From assembly GCF_004010195.1 (NCBI RefSeq), contig NC_057754.1:10241182-10305181 (forward strand): a stretch of 64,000 bases of DNA, in the 5' to 3' direction. The position numbers were made by a program, and so were the translations under genes. The notes under the pieces were generated by a model. That model did no database searches. It saw only the letters and a program-made list of their open reading frames with translations, and was not told the DNA's origin. Of the stretch, positions 36,660 to 50,085 are shown one piece after another; the stretch's first letter is position 1, and each line of letters starts with the position of its first letter. Source of the DNA: Chiloscyllium plagiosum. Lineage: Eukaryota.

Positions 36660-37915
36660 TAAGATATAGAACCAGAATTAGGCTGTTCGACCCATTGAGT
36701 CTGTTCTGCCATTCAATTAGGACTGATATGCTCCTCACCCCCATCTTCCTGCCTTCTCTCCATATCCCTTCAATTCATTACCAATTAAAAATCTGTCTAA
36801 CTCCTCAAATTTACTTACTGGACCAGCACCAACTGGACTTTGGGTTAGCAAATTCCACAGATTCACAACCCTTTGGGAGAAGTAATTTCTCCTCAGCTCT
36901 GTTTTAAGTTTGCTACCCCTTATCCTAAGACTATGATCTCTCATCTTAGATTGCCCCACAACAGGAAGCACCGTTCCACGTCTATTCTATCCACACCTTT
37001 TATCATCTTGAATACCTCAATTTGATCTTCCCTCATTTTTTCTAAATTCCAGAGAGTATAGGCCTAAACTGTTCAATCTCTCTTCACATGACAAACCCCT
37101 CATCTCTGAGATCAATCTAGTGCACCTCCTCTGAACTGCATCTTCCTGCAAATAAGGGGACCAAAATTGTGCACAATATTCCAGATGCAGTCTCACCAAT
37201 ACCTTGTATCGTTGCAACAATACTTCCTTATCTTTGTATTCTATTCCTTTAGCTGTAAAAGCCAACGTTCCATTTGGTTTCTTTATTATCTGCTGTACCT
37301 GCATGCTAGTTTTCTGTGACTCGTGAACGACGACATCTAGACCTGTTGGCAAAGGAGCACCCTGAAGACTCTCCCCATTAAAATAATAGGTCGCCTTCCC
37401 ATTTTTTCAACCCAAATGCGTGACCACGCCATCTGTTAAAACTCCATTTGCCATATTTTGGCCCACACTCCTAACCTATTTATATATCCATCTGTAAGGA
37501 TCTTATTTCCTCATTGCAATTTACTGTCCTCCCTATTTTTGTGTTGTCCACAAATTTGGCTATACCGCCTTCCATCCGTGTATCCAAATCACAACTGTAG
37601 ATTGTAAATAGCGGGGGTCCAAGGACCAAACCCTGCGACACCCCACTACTTACATCTTGCCATCCAGAAAAAAAAACATTTATCCTCACTCTGTCTTCTG
37701 TCCTATCCATGCTAATAAACTGCCCCAAATCCCATATGATCCAACCTTGTGAATTAACCTTTTGTGCAGCGCCTTAATCAAACACCTTCCAGAAATCCAG
37801 ATAAATTACATCTGCAGCATCCCCATAATCCACTTTGCTTGTTACATCTTTGAAAATCTCTAACAAATTAGTCAAACATGATCTGACCTTCATAAAACCA
37901 TGCTGACTCTGATGG
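36660..37915 (-). mobile_element. CR1 RT to 3' end
   Basis: ORFs 37480-37728, 37017-37352, 36735-36971. Confidence 0.88.
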
Positions 37916-38819
37916 ATGGACTCATGATCCCAAATTATGGTAATACTGCACAAGTTAGATCTCTGAATAAAACCTGGCTTGATATGTCATATGTTTTGTT
38001 TTTGGAATTAACTTAGGATGATGGTTAATTATTGGACATATTCGCATGAGACTGCCAATGTTCTTTTAATAAAACAACACACAAGTTCATTGCACAAAAT
38101 AAAAAAGGCTCTGTATGGATATAACAATTTTGAAAGACTTTAACACAAACAGCAATTTTCCCAGCAACATCCTGTTCAAATACTCAATTTCAGTGAAGTA
38201 ACACTCCTTCATTTAAAAAAAAAATCTATTCATGGGATTTAGGTGTTGCTGGCTTGGCCAGTATTTATTGCCTAACCTTAACTGCCCGGGAGAAGGTGGT
38301 AGTGAGATGCCTTCCTGAATGTTTACACTCATCAGGATGTTGGGGCACCCACATTGTCATTCTATAACATCAAACATTATTGAAAATTCCACAATATTAA
38401 TGTCACTATTCAACAAAGGCTCCTTAACAGCAAGGTTATTAAATACTTCCTCTTTACAGACTACTAAACCTAAAACAAACTGATACCTACTTAGCCCTTC
38501 AATGTTCTACTTCAGAAACGTTCAGCACAAATGCCGAATTCCATCCTCCACAGCATGTATGTTGGCTAGGTTCACCCAGTTTATATGAGCATTCAAGTCA
38601 CCCATTATTACTATATCACCCATATCTGATGTACATCTCATTTTATGATTTATATTCATAATGAAATATTTGGGATATGAAGTAGATTCAGCAAACTTTG
38701 ATTTTAATGCCAAGTCCAAAAAATTATCTTTACATGTTGCATTAGTACCTTAAGCTGGGCTGGATGTTTTAACAGGTTTGTGACTGTGATGTGATTAACA
38801 GCAAATTACAACTCCTGAA

Positions 38820-38986
<167 letters not shown>

Positions 38987-40411
38987 TCATTGGTGTGAAC
39001 ACTGTTGATGTAGCATCTGTTCCCCAGAACTTTTAAAGCACTTCCCACAGTCTGGGCATTTAAAAGGCCTCTCATCAGAGTGAATGCGTTGATGGCGTAT
39101 CAGATCCCAGGATCTTACATAACACTTCCCACAGTCTGTACATTTAAAAGGTCTCTCCCCAGTGTGAACTCGCTGGTGTGTTATGAGATGGATTTTCTGA
39201 GTAAACCCCTTCCCGCACTCGGAGCAGCTGAATGGTCTCTCTCCAGTGTGAGTGCGTTGGTGTGCAGTGAGACGAGATGACCACTTGAACCCAATCCCAC
39301 AGTGAGAGCACTTGAACGGTCTATTGCCTGTGTGAACACGTTGGTGTAACTTCAGTTCTCCAGAGCTTTTATAACACTTCACACAGTCAGGACATTTGAA
39401 GGGTCTCTCCTCAGTGTGAATTCGCTGGTGTGCCTTGAGGTGGGAAGACTCACGAAATCCTTTCCCACACTCAGTACAGGTGAATGGCCTCTCCCCAGAA
39501 TGAACTCGCTGGTGTGTCAACAGGGTGGAAAACCGAATGAATACCTGTCCACATTCTGAGCAGATGAATGATCTCTCCCCAGTGTGAAGTCGCTGGTGTA
39601 TCGTGAGTTGGGATGATCGTTTGAACCCATTCCCACAATGACGGCACCTGAACGGTCTCTCATCAGTGTGAACTCGTTGATGGACAATCAGCTCCCTGGA
39701 ACCTTTAAAGCACTTCTCGCACTCGGAACATTTAAAAGGTCTCTCCTCAGTGTGAACGCGTTGATGGGATTGCAGGTAGCTAGAACTTTTAAAGCACTTC
39801 TTGCAGTTTGGACATTTAAAAGGTCTCTCCTCACTGTGAACCTGCTGGTGTGCCTTGAGGTGATATGACTGAGTGAATCCACTTCCACATTCAGAGCAGA
39901 TGAATGGCCTCTCCCCAGTGTGAATGCGCTGGTGGACAGTGAGTTGAGATGACCACTTAAAGCCAGTCCCACAATCAGAGCACCTGAACCGTCTGTCCTC
40001 AGTGTGAACACGCCGATGAGACATTAGCTCACTGGAACTTTTAAAGCACTTCCCACAGTCTGGACATTTAAAAGGTCTTTCCTCAGTGTGAACTCGCTGG
40101 TGTGTCAGCAGAGTGGAAAGCTGAGTGAATCCCTTTCCACACTTGAAGCAGATGAATGGCCTCTCCCCAGTGTGAATACGTTGGTGAATCTTCAGTGCAG
40201 AGCGGTGACTGAATCCTTTCTCACAGTCCTTGCATTTCCATGGTTTCTCCCCAGTGTGAATGCATTTGTGGTTCTCAAGGCCAGTTGATTGGCTAAAGCC
40301 TTTTTTGCACACAGAACACAAGTATTTGTTCTTCCCAATGTGAACAGTGTTTTGCCCTTCCATATTTAAAATCTGTTGATATTCCGGTTGTGATAAACTG
40401 GGTGACTCCAT
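38987..40411 (-). CDS. Poly-C2H2 zinc-finger protein, 474 aa, 15 complete fingers plus 1 degenerate
   Basis: Open frame of CxxC-x12-HxxxH units with TGERP/TEERP linkers; acceptor ttcacAG at 40473-40474; no KRAB or SCAN visible. Confidence 0.93.
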   Translation of the reverse strand: MESPSLSQPEYQQILNMEGQNTVHIGKNKYLCSVCKKGFSQSTGLENHKCIHTGEKPWKCKDCEKGFSHRSALKIHQRIHTGERPFICFKCGKGFTQLSTLLTHQRVHTEERPFKCPDCGKCFKSSSELMSHRRVHTEDRRFRCSDCGTGFKWSSQLTVHQRIHTGERPFICSECGSGFTQSYHLKAHQQVHSEERPFKCPNCKKCFKSSSYLQSHQRVHTEERPFKCSECEKCFKGSRELIVHQRVHTDERPFRCRHCGNGFKRSSQLTIHQRLHTGERSFICSECGQVFIRFSTLLTHQRVHSGERPFTCTECGKGFRESSHLKAHQRIHTEERPFKCPDCVKCYKSSGELKLHQRVHTGNRPFKCSHCGIGFKWSSRLTAHQRTHTGERPFSCSECGKGFTQKIHLITHQRVHTGERPFKCTDCGKCYVRSWDLIRHQRIHSDERPFKCPDCGKCFKSSGEQMLHQQCSHQ

Positions 40412-40979
40412 TAGGACATAACATGATGTTTAGTTTCAGGTTCCTGACTTCAAATCATTCTCTTCGCAAACCCTGTGAAATCAATTTAAAACAGAAGAAA
40501 TGAATGAGGAAGAAGACACAAAAACAGAGGAAGATTGGAAAATTGTACTGAGTGAATCTCGCAATTTGCAGGCTGGCCCTTGGGAAAAATTACCACGAGT
40601 GGTGATGGATTGTCATGGAAGCTTAACTATGGCTAAAACTAATATCAATTAGGGAGCAACCTGGTCTAAGCCAACACAAGACTGTGGAACCTATATGAAT
40701 CAGATGGTGAGGGAAAAGAAAGAGACTGAAGAGGAATTAGGAGAGGCAGGGGACAAAGGAGAGGGATTTTATAGATCTACAACTTGTGTGGAAATTTAAC
40801 AGGATGTCCAAATCCTCAATCTCCACCTTAAATGACCAGAGTAGCGGATCGATGTGAAGATGATGACCTCAAAGATCCTGAACGCTTTGACGTCCAGCAT
40901 TGGAGGAACAAAGACTTTCGACTGAAGGATGGAAGTCAATGCCTTTCAGTCCATTCAGTTACAAACTCCATTTCTCAGC

Positions 40980-41115
40980 CACTGACTGAATCTCCGTACG
41001 GAACTTTGGTGCCACACTTCATCCCAAACTGAGTTTCCAACCACATGTTCACATCATCAGTAAAACCGCCTATTTCTACCTCGGTTCCATCACCCGACTC
41101 CGTCCCATCTCAGCT
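40980..41115 (+). mobile_element. L2 fragment
   Basis: LSFQPHVHIISKTAYFYLGSITRLRP, resembling L2 RT C-terminal region. Confidence 0.6.
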
Positions 41116-41129
41116 TCTAAAAACTCTCC

Positions 41130-41720
41130 AAGGTGGCGGCCGTCAACCTGGGCCTCTTCCCGGGATAAAGACACAGATCTCCTAACACGGGGCTCGGTTG
41201 GTCTCAATTAGGGTTTGCGAATGGAGGTCTTTACGAATTCGCTCCACGCCTCCCCTTTCCCTCGGCCGGCCGCAGCCGTTGAAGAAAATGGTCGCGAGCC
41301 TTCCAGAGCCTGGAACAAAATGACACTGCGCATGCTCCGCTACAATCCACCACTGCGCATGTCGGCAGACCGGTTGTTGAGTGAATGGGGCACATTGACG
41401 TCTTCAAGGAATGTTGAGCGTCAGGAGCATCACTGTAGGGACTTGAACCTGTCTTACTCGATTTCTGTACATTCATTGGAAAATAGATTACTGATCGAAT
41501 CTCCACCTCAATTATTTCTTAAAGTCTCTCATAAATTTCTTCAGAGATATTTAATGCCCCGCTATCAAGCGGCAGTTTGTAAAACCGTTCATTCCTTTTC
41601 CTGATCGGTGCACGCCCCCTCATTCCTCCAGCCCCGCCCCTCCCATTCACACTGATTGGTTGGCCGCGCCCGCTCGGCCCTTCATGACCTTCCCCACCCC
41701 CCACTCGTCCTGAGCAAGTT
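41130..41720. promoter_or_regulatory. CpG-island promoter of the ZNF gene, possibly bidirectional
   Basis: Two actgcgcatg NRF1-like sites (~41325, ~41353), GC box ccccgcccc, gattgg CCAAT; lies between divergent ZNF arrays. Confidence 0.7.
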
Positions 41721-42079
41721 ACTGCAGACGCTGCAATCTGTCCTCAGCGAAGGGAGCCAGAGGAAGCTATTGCTTGGAGTCTAGATGACTTCATCTGAGC
41801 TGACGTGAGGTATGGAGATGGCAGCATTTATGCAGCGGTGGGGATGAGAGGGGGGAGAGCTGGGTGTGTGTGTGTGTGTGAGAGAGAGAGAGACACACAC
41901 ACAGACTGCTGAAAGTGCAGATTAAGTAATGGGAATGTGAGAATGGCGTGTCTAACTGCCAAACTGGAACGAAAAGATGGCCCACTAGGGTGGGGGAGAG
42001 AAGAGAACACATAATGATGGAGAATCTAACAAGTAAAGCTAAAACAAAGGGAAGCAATGGGAATGGATTCACAAGTTTG

Positions 42080-42388
42080 TGGGCGGCGCGGTGGCACAGT
42101 GGTTCGCACTGCTGCCTCGCAGCGCCAGAGACCCGGGTTCAATTCCCGCCTCAGGCGACTGACTGTGTGGAGTTTGCACATTCTCCCCGTGACTGCGTGG
42201 GTTTCCTCCGGATGCTCCGGTTTCCTCCCACAGTCCAAAGATGTGCAAGTCAGGTGAATTGGCCATGTTAAATTGTCTGTAGTGTTAGGTAAGGGGTAAA
42301 TGTAGGGGTATGGGTGGTTTGCGCTTCGGCGGGTCGCTGAGGACTTGTTGGGCCGAAGGGCCTGTTTCCACTACTGTAAAGTAATCTA
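42080..42388 (+). mobile_element. Young CpG-rich HE1 SINE
   Basis: gggcggcgcggtggcacagtggtt..ggttcaattccc, intact boxes. Confidence 0.93.
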
Positions 42389-43889
42389 ATTTGAAGATGT
42401 TGAACTCAGTATTATGTTCAGAAGTGAAGAAGATATGTTGTTCCTCCAGTTTGTGCTGTGATTCACCCGAAGCGTTGCAGCATGCCAAGGACAGACAAAC
42501 TGTTTTAAAATGACCGATTACAGGAAGGTCAGGGTCATGGACCGGAGGTGTTCTGCAAATTGGTCACCTCACCTGCATTTGGTTTCTCCAACGTAGAGTA
42601 GGCCACATTGGGTGCAGCAAATGCAGTACACTAGATTGGAGGTGGCATGGGTGAAATGTTGCTTCACTTGGAAAGATTGCTTAGGCCTTTGGAAGGTGAG
42701 AGCAGGGAGGTGGTGAAGGGCCAGCTGTTGCACCTGCTGCGGTTACATGGAAAGGTGCCGTGGGAAAGGGGGTGGTGGTGTGGATCAAGGAATGGACAAA
42801 GGTGTCCCCAAGGGAACAGTTCCTGTGAAATGCAGATGGGGGAAGTGAGGTGAAGATGTATTTAGTGGTGGCATTCTGTTGGAGTTGCTTGAAATGGCAG
42901 AGAATGATCCTTTGGATGTGGATGAAAAGTGAGGACAATAGGGACCCAATCACGCTGTTGAGAGTGACAGGAAGGAGAAAGGGCAGAAGTATGGCTGAAC
43001 AGTTTCTCCTCTAATTCATCTCACTTCTGCCAAGTCAAAACGAGTGGTGTAGGTCCCAGTTTTGCCTGTCTCTTTATGGGGTGGGTGGAACTTTTCTTCT
43101 TCCAGTCAAGAGTGTGCTTTTGCCTGAAACGCCAATTTTTCCTGCTCCTCAGATGCTGCCTGATCTGCTGTGCTTTTCCAGCACCACACTCTCAACTCTG
43201 ATCTCCCACATCCGTAGCCCTCACTAGTCCTATTCTTATTCCAGTCTTACACTGGCCCCCTCCTATCAATGGTACATCGACGACTGTTTTTGTGCAGCTT
43301 CATGCTCCCGTTTGGACCTTTAAAACATTTGTTAATTTTGCCTCCAATTTCCACTCCTCTAAAACTATCACATGGTTCATCTCCCAAGACGTCCCTTTCT
43401 TTCCTTAACCTTTGTGTCTCCATTTTGGGGAATAAACTGCCATCCACTACAAAGCCACCATCATTACTGCTCTTGACACCCCATGTCCTGCAAGGATTCC
43501 ATCCAATTCTCCCAACTCCTCCGACTGCCTTGTACCTATTCGGATAATGCCACCTTCCAAAGTAGCACTGCTGACATGGCTTCCTGTTCCATAACCATGA
43601 TTTCCCACCCATTGTGGTTGACAGGGCCCTCAACCGCATCTGATCTATCACCCATGCTTCTACCTTGCCCGTTCCCATCACTCACAAGAGTGTCATCAGT
43701 TCCACCTAGTCTCAATTTTCATCCCACCAGCCTCCGATTCAAAGGATCATTCTCCGCCATTTCAGACAACTCCAGCAGAATGCCAAATTATCTTCCCCTC
43801 ACTCCCCTGTATGCATTGCATATGGACTGTTCCCTCCAGGAAATCCCAGTCCACTGCTCGACTACCAACACCACCTCTCTTTCCCATGG

Positions 43890-44005
43890 TTAAAAATCAC
43901 ACAACACCAGGTGTGCTTACAATTAAACCTGTTGGACTATAACCTGGTGTTGAGATTTTTAACTTTGTACACCCCAGTCCAACACCGGCATCTCCAAATC
44001 ATCAA
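43890..44005. mobile_element. Fragment of the palindromic Penelope family nested in the Penelope element
   Basis: Matches the 27493-27789 family; TSD ctctttcccatgg. Confidence 0.8.
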
Positions 44006-46114
44006 CTCTTTCCCATGGCACCTTCGCATGTTGCACCTTCTGCAGTTACACTTGCCCCTTCACCTCCTCCCTGTTCCAAGGGTCTAAATAATCTTTCCAG
44101 GCGAAGCAGCATTTCACCTGTACTGTACCTCCTGTAATCTGGTGTATTGCATTCACTGCACCCAATGTGGCCTACTTTACTTGGGAGAAACCAAACACAG
44201 GCTGGGTGACAGCTTTGTAGAACACCTCTGTTCCGTGCGCAACCATGACCCTGACCTTGCCATAGTCAGTCATTTTAATGTTGCATACTGCTCACGTGCC
44301 CACTTGTCTGTCCTTGGCATTCTGCAGTGCTCCAGTGAATTACAGTGCAAATTGGAGGAACACCATCTCATCTTCAGACTCAGCACTTTACAACCTTCGG
44401 AATTTAATGTTGAGTTCAACACCTTCAGATCAGAAACCCACTCCCATTCCTTCGCTTTCTTTTAGCTTTACTTGTAACATTCCCTGTCACCATTCCCTCT
44501 CTCCCCTCCCCCATGTGTTCTTTCCAGCTTGGCAGTTAAGACACACCATTGTTCTGCCATTCTCACATTCTGATAATTTAATCTGCACTATCAGCAGCCT
44601 TCTCCACTCCACCACTGCATAAATGCTGCCCTCTCTGTATTTCACATCAGCTCTAATGAAGTCATCTAGACTCGAAACATTAGCTTACTCTCTTCACAGA
44701 TGCTGCCTGACCCGCTGTGACTTCCAGCAATTTTTGTTTTCACTCTTTGTCCACAGCCATAGAGAATCAACGGGTAGTATTTTATGCATGCACAGTATCA
44801 ATGTGGAACCAGCATTGTTGAGGTGAGTGAGAGAAGATGGTGGGTTTGGAGGCTTTGGAGACATCCCATGTGGGGCCACAAACCCCGAATTCAAAGAGCT
44901 GGTGGAACCGGCGAAAAGGAATCTGGCTCTGTCTGCAAACTAGAGGAGCAAATGGTGATCCAAACTGGGGTTGTCTGCTCTGAATCTCTATCCTGAACTG
45001 ACAACTGTGTGTGTCTGTGTCTGCCTGTGTCTGTGTGTGCGTGCATTTGCACATGTCTGTGTGTGCACGCATGAACTGTCTTCAAATTCTCTTTACAGGT
45101 TGTGGGGAGGCAAGGATGCACAGAAACAAAACTCAAACCAAATATAATGGTACAGGCACTCAGGACCTGGAAATCATCCATCTGGAAATGTGAAAGGAGG
45201 AATGTTTGTCCACTCTCAATCTGGAAAAACACCAAACATACAAGCCTGTTACACTGCACAGTGGTTAGAGCTTTAGGCAGTTATACAATCTGAAACACAT
45301 CACACCAGGAAGGAATTGTACATGTGCTGTCTGTCTGGGGCAGGCTTCCAACTTAACATCCATACCGGCAACATGGAAAAAATTGGAAATGAGAGGTGTT
45401 CAAATGCCCCTCTAAGTTGGAAACTCATCAACGCAGTCACGCTGGTGAGTGGCCATTCACCCGGTCAGGATTCACTCAGTCAGCCCACCTGCTGACACAC
45501 CAGGTACTCAAACAGACAAGAGAGCTTTTTGTCCAAACTGCAGGAAATCCTGAAGACGTCCTGAGGAACTGATGTTCCATCAATGTGTTCACACTGATGA
45601 GAGGCCATTCTCCTACTCTCACTGTGGAACTGGGCATTAAGCAATCATCTGATCTCACCGTACACCAGCAACTTCACACCTGCTCGTTGTCCTGTTCGGA
45701 GTAAGGGAAGGGATTCACTAATTAACCCAACCTGCTGACACACCAGTGACTTCACTCTGTGAACAGACCATTCACCTGCCCCGAGGGTGAAAAAGCATTC
45801 ATTGATTCATCTGAGCTGCTGATACACCAATGAGTTCAAACTGGCCGTTCACCTGCCCAGTGTGTGGGAAGTGATCCACCCACCCATCACTTTATTATGA
45901 TAGCAGCAAGTTCACACTGAGGAGAACCCTTGACCTCCCCGCTTTGTGTGGGAAGTGATCGAGTTCTTCCTCCCACCCGCTGAGGCACCAGTGAGTTCAC
46001 AGTGGGGAGAGACCATTCCACTGTCCGGAGAGTGGAAAGGGATTAATGAATTCATTTGAACTTCTAAAACACTGCCGAATTCACACTGGTCAGAGGCCAT
46101 TATCCTTCTCCATA

Positions 46115-49100
46115 TATAGAACATAGAAGAATACAGCGCAGTACAGGCCCTTCAACCCTCGATGTTGCGCCGATCCAAGCCCACCTAACCTACACTCGCC
46201 CACTATCCTCCATATGCCTATCCAATGCCCGCTTAAATGCCATAATGAGGGAAGAGTCCACCACTGCTACTGGCAGGGCATTCCACGAACTCACGACTCG
46301 CTGAGTAAAGAACCTACCCCTAACATCTGTCCTATACCTACCCCCCCTTAATTTAAAGCTATGCCCCCTTGTAATAGCTGACTCCATACGTGGAAAAAGA
46401 TTCTCACTGTCGACCCTATCTAAACCCCTAATCATCTTATACACCTCTATCAAGAGGAGATGGAGACTGTGTGAGGAGATGGAGACTGTGCGAGCTGATG
46501 GAGAGTGTGCGAGGAGATGANNNNNNNNNNNNNNNNNNNNNNNNNNNNNNNNNNNNNNNNNNNNNNNNNNNNNNNNNNNNNNNNNNNNNNNNNNNNNNNN
46601 NNNNNNNNNNNNNNNNNNNNNNNNNNNNNNNNNNNNNNNNNNNNNNNNNNNNNNNNNNNNNNNNNNNNNNNNNNNNNNNNNNNNNNNNNNNNNNNNNNNN
46701 NNNNNNNNNNNNNNNNNNNNNNNNNNNNNNNNNNNNNNNNNNNNNNNNNNNNNNNNNNNNNNNNNNNNNNNNNNNNNNNNNNNNNNNNNNNNNNNNNNNN
46801 NNNNNNNNNNNNNNNNNNNNNNNNNNNNNNNNNNNNNNNNNNNNNNNNNNNNNNNNNNNNNNNNNNNNNNNNNNNNNNNNNNNNNNNNNNNNNNNNNNNN
46901 NNNNNNNNNNNNNNNNNNNNNNNNNNNNNNNNNNNNNNNNNNNNNNNNNNNNNNNNNNNNNNNNNNNNNNNNNNNNNNNNNNNNNNNNNNNNNNNNNNNN
47001 NNNNNNNNNNNNNNNNNNNNNNNNNNNNNNNNNNNNNNNNNNNNNNNNNNNNNNNNNNNNNNNNNNNNNNNNNNNNNNNNNNNNNNNNNNNNNNNNNNNN
47101 NNNNNNNNNNNNNNNNNNNNNNNNNNNNNNNNNNNNNNNNNNNNNNNNNNNNNNNNNNNNNNNNNNNNNNNNNNNNNNNNNNNNNNNNNNNNNNNNNNNN
47201 NNNNNNNNNNNNNNNNNNNNNNNNNNNNNNNNNNNNNNNNNNNNNNNNNNNNNNNNNNNNNNNNNNNNNNNNNNNNNNNNNNNNNNNNNNNNNNNNNNNN
47301 NNNNNNNNNNNNNNNNNNNNNNNNNNNNNNNNNNNNNNNNNNNNNNNNNNNNNNNNNNNNNNNNNNNNNNNNNNNNNNNNNNNNNNNNNNNNNNNNNNNN
47401 NNNNNNNNNNNNNNNNNNNNNNNNNNNNNNNNNNNNNNNNNNNNNNNNNNNNNNNNNNNNNNNNNNNNNNNNNNNNNNNNNNNNNNNGCAGTAGCCTACC
47501 ATGGGGAACGTTATCAAACGCCTTACTAAAATCCATATATACCACATCTACCGCTTTCCCCTCATCAACCTCCTTCGTCACCTTTTCAAAGAATTCAATA
47601 AGGTTTGTGAGGCACGACTTGCCCTTCACAAAACCATGCTGACTATCCTTGATCACATTATTCCTATCCAGATGTGCATAAATCCTATCCCTTACAATTC
47701 TCTCTAAGACTTTGCCCACAACAGAAGTGAGACTCACCGGCCTATAGTTACTAGGGTTATCCCTATTCCCCTTTTTGAACAAGGGAACCACATTTGCTAT
47801 CCTCCAGTCTTCTGGGACTACTCCTGTAGACAAAGAGGACATAAAAATCAAGGCCAGTGGCTCTGCAATCTCCTCCCTTGCTTCCCAGAGAATCCTAGGA
47901 TAAATGCCATCAGGCCCCGGGGACTTATCTATTTTCACCTTTTCCAGGATTTCCAATACCTCTTCTCTACATACCTCAAAGCCATCCATTCTACTTATTT
48001 GTGCCTCTGTATTCTCATCGACAACAATGCCCTGTTCCTGAGTGAATACTGAAGAAAAGTATTCATTCAGTGTCTCCCCAATCTCTTCTGCCTCCACACG
48101 CAACTTCCCCCTACTATCCTTGACTGGACCTATTCCTACCCTAGTCATTCTTTTATTCCTAACATACCTATAGAAAGCCTTAGGGTTTTCCCTAATCCTA
48201 TCTACTAAGGACCTTTCATGTCCCCTCCTTTCTGCTTTTAGCTCTCTCTTCAGGTCCTTCCTGGCTACCCTATAACTCTCAATCGCCCCAATTGAACCTT
48301 CACGCTTCATCTTTACATAGGCCGCCCTCTTCCATTTAACAAGGGATTCCAATTCCTTATTAGACCACGGCTCCCTCGCACGACCCTTTCCTTCCTGCCT
48401 GACAGGTACATAATTATCAAGGACATTCAATAGTTGCTCCTTGAACAAGCTCCACATATCAATTACGGCCTTGCCTTGAAGCTTACTTTTCCAGGCCACA
48501 CATTTCTTCATGCCTCACAGCATCATAATTTCCCTGCCCCCGTCTATATCTCTTGCCCTGTAGTGCACACTTATCTCTCTCCATCACTAGAGTAAAAGTC
48601 ACTGAATTGTGGTCACTGTCCCCAAAGTGCTCACCTACCTCTAATTCTAACACCTGGCCTGGTTCGTTACCCAGAACCAAATCCAGTATGGCCTCACCTC
48701 TTGTTGGCCTATCTACATATTGTGTCAGGAAACCCTCCTGCACACATTGGACAAACACTGACTCATCTAACGAACTTGAGCTATAGCTTTCCCAATTAAT
48801 ATCAGGAAAGTTAAAGTCTCCCATAACAACCACCCTATTACTTTCACTCTTCTCTTGAATCATCCTCGCAATCCTTTCTTCTACGTTTCTAGGACTATTA
48901 GGAGGTCTGAAAAAACTCCTAACTGGGTGAGCTCACCTTTCCTATTCCTAACCTCAGCCCAAACTACCTCAGATGGCGAGTCTTCATCCATTGTCCTTTC
49001 CACCGCTGTAATACTATCTTTGACAAGCAATGCCACACCTCCCCCTCTTTTACCCCCACCTCTGACCCTACTAAAACATTTAAACCCTGGGACCTGCAAC

Positions 49101-49215
49101 AGCCAATCCTGTCCCTGTTCAACCTATGTTTCCGTAATAGCCACAACATCGAAGTCCCAGGTACCAACCCACGCTGCAAGTTCACCTACCTTATTTCGTA
49201 TACTTCTTGCATTGA
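46115..49215 (-). mobile_element. Young CR1 with long open ORF2 segments, spanning a gap
   Basis: ORFs 48483-48863 (MGDFN, GDSDHN) and 47488-48511 (KSPGPDG, NYRPVSLTS, DFSKAFD). Confidence 0.95.
46521..47487. other. Assembly gap
   Basis: N run. Confidence 1.
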
Positions 49216-49949
49216 AAGGATTCTCAATTATCCGACTTGCTGAGTCACCAGTGAGTTCATAAATGACTACAGTGTTTTAGTTTCTGTTTATGACAACCTA
49301 GACCTAACCATGTTGAATGCGATCTCCTGCTGATGTTAATAAGCTTCAGCCCAATTGCACTGTCTAATACAAAACAATGCCGGAGGTCTGAAATAAAAAC
49401 AGAAGTGACTGGAGAAATTCTGCGGGTCTGACAGCAGAAAGCAGAGTGAACGCTTCGAGTCCAGTGACTCATCAGAAACGAAAACAAATTGCTAGAAAAG
49501 CTCAGCAGGTGTAGCAGAAACTGAAGAGAAAATAGAGTCAACATTTCAGGTCAAAGAGTCATGGAATCCTACAGCACGGAGACAGGCCCTTTGGTCCAAG
49601 CCGACAAAGCACACTAACTCCATTCCCCTGCATTTGGCCCATCTCCTTTTAACCTTTCCTATCCATGCATTTGTCCAGATGCCTTTTAAATGTTGTTTCT
49701 GTACACACCTCAACTACTTCCATGTGACTGCTCATTCCATATGTATACTACACAGTATAAAAACGTTGTCCCTCAGGTTCCCTTTTATTCTTTCCCCTCT
49801 AACATTAAACTGAATGATTCACAAACTTAACTAACACATTCTCTACATTGTGGAGACAGGATGCCAATTCGCGCTGAGAATGTGTATAAGGTACGAGCAG
49901 GTAGTGAAAGAACACCAAACCTGATCGCAACACTGACTGGGAAGGAATA

Positions 49950-50085
49950 GAGACTAGTGAGTGGGTCCTAATCCGAAACTGGGACCCCACTGGAAAGGGC
50001 CATTCCAGGTGTTGCTCTAAACCCCCACTGCAGTGACAGGGAAGGGAAAGAATCACTGGATTCACCTGAGCAAATGTAAATGGTG
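49950..50085 (+). pseudogene. pol: Retroviral integrase C-terminus
   Basis: EWVLIRNW..WKGPFQVLL*TPTAV..WIHLSKC matches the gamma/epsilon-type GPY/F module. Confidence 0.8.

Larger units (their letters stand above)
41720..44742. mobile_element. Penelope-like element in inverted arrangement (minus arm ~41720-43010, plus arm ~43020-44742)
   Basis: GIY-YIG ORF 44142-44465 (YCIHCTQCGLLYLGET..LEEHHLIFRL) mirrored at ~42390-42700; 3' UTRs mirrored; mutated hammerhead at ~44653. Confidence 0.85.
45100..49262 (+). pseudogene. C2H2 ZNF pseudogene interrupted by a CR1
   Basis: Acceptor ctctttacAG at ~45099; repeated decayed RPFTC..GKGF..HQ motifs to ~46110; resumes at ~49216 (ggattctcaatta..caccagtgagttca). 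Confidence 0.8.

Noticed and set aside
39080-40288. Antisense and alternate-frame ORFs over the ZNF
   Set aside because: Shadow frames of the repetitive finger codons.
42080-42150. tRNA genes at SINE heads
   Set aside because: A/B boxes run into the HE1 core and tail; no complete cloverleaf seen.
46453-46520. ~19-bp tandem repeat beside the gap
   Set aside because: Interrupts a young CR1 at a contig end; probably low-quality or misjoined sequence.
46190-48511. 773-aa ORF and other X-filled ORFs (also 28990-29940)
   Set aside because: Lengths are inflated by N gaps; the real parts are CR1 ORF2.
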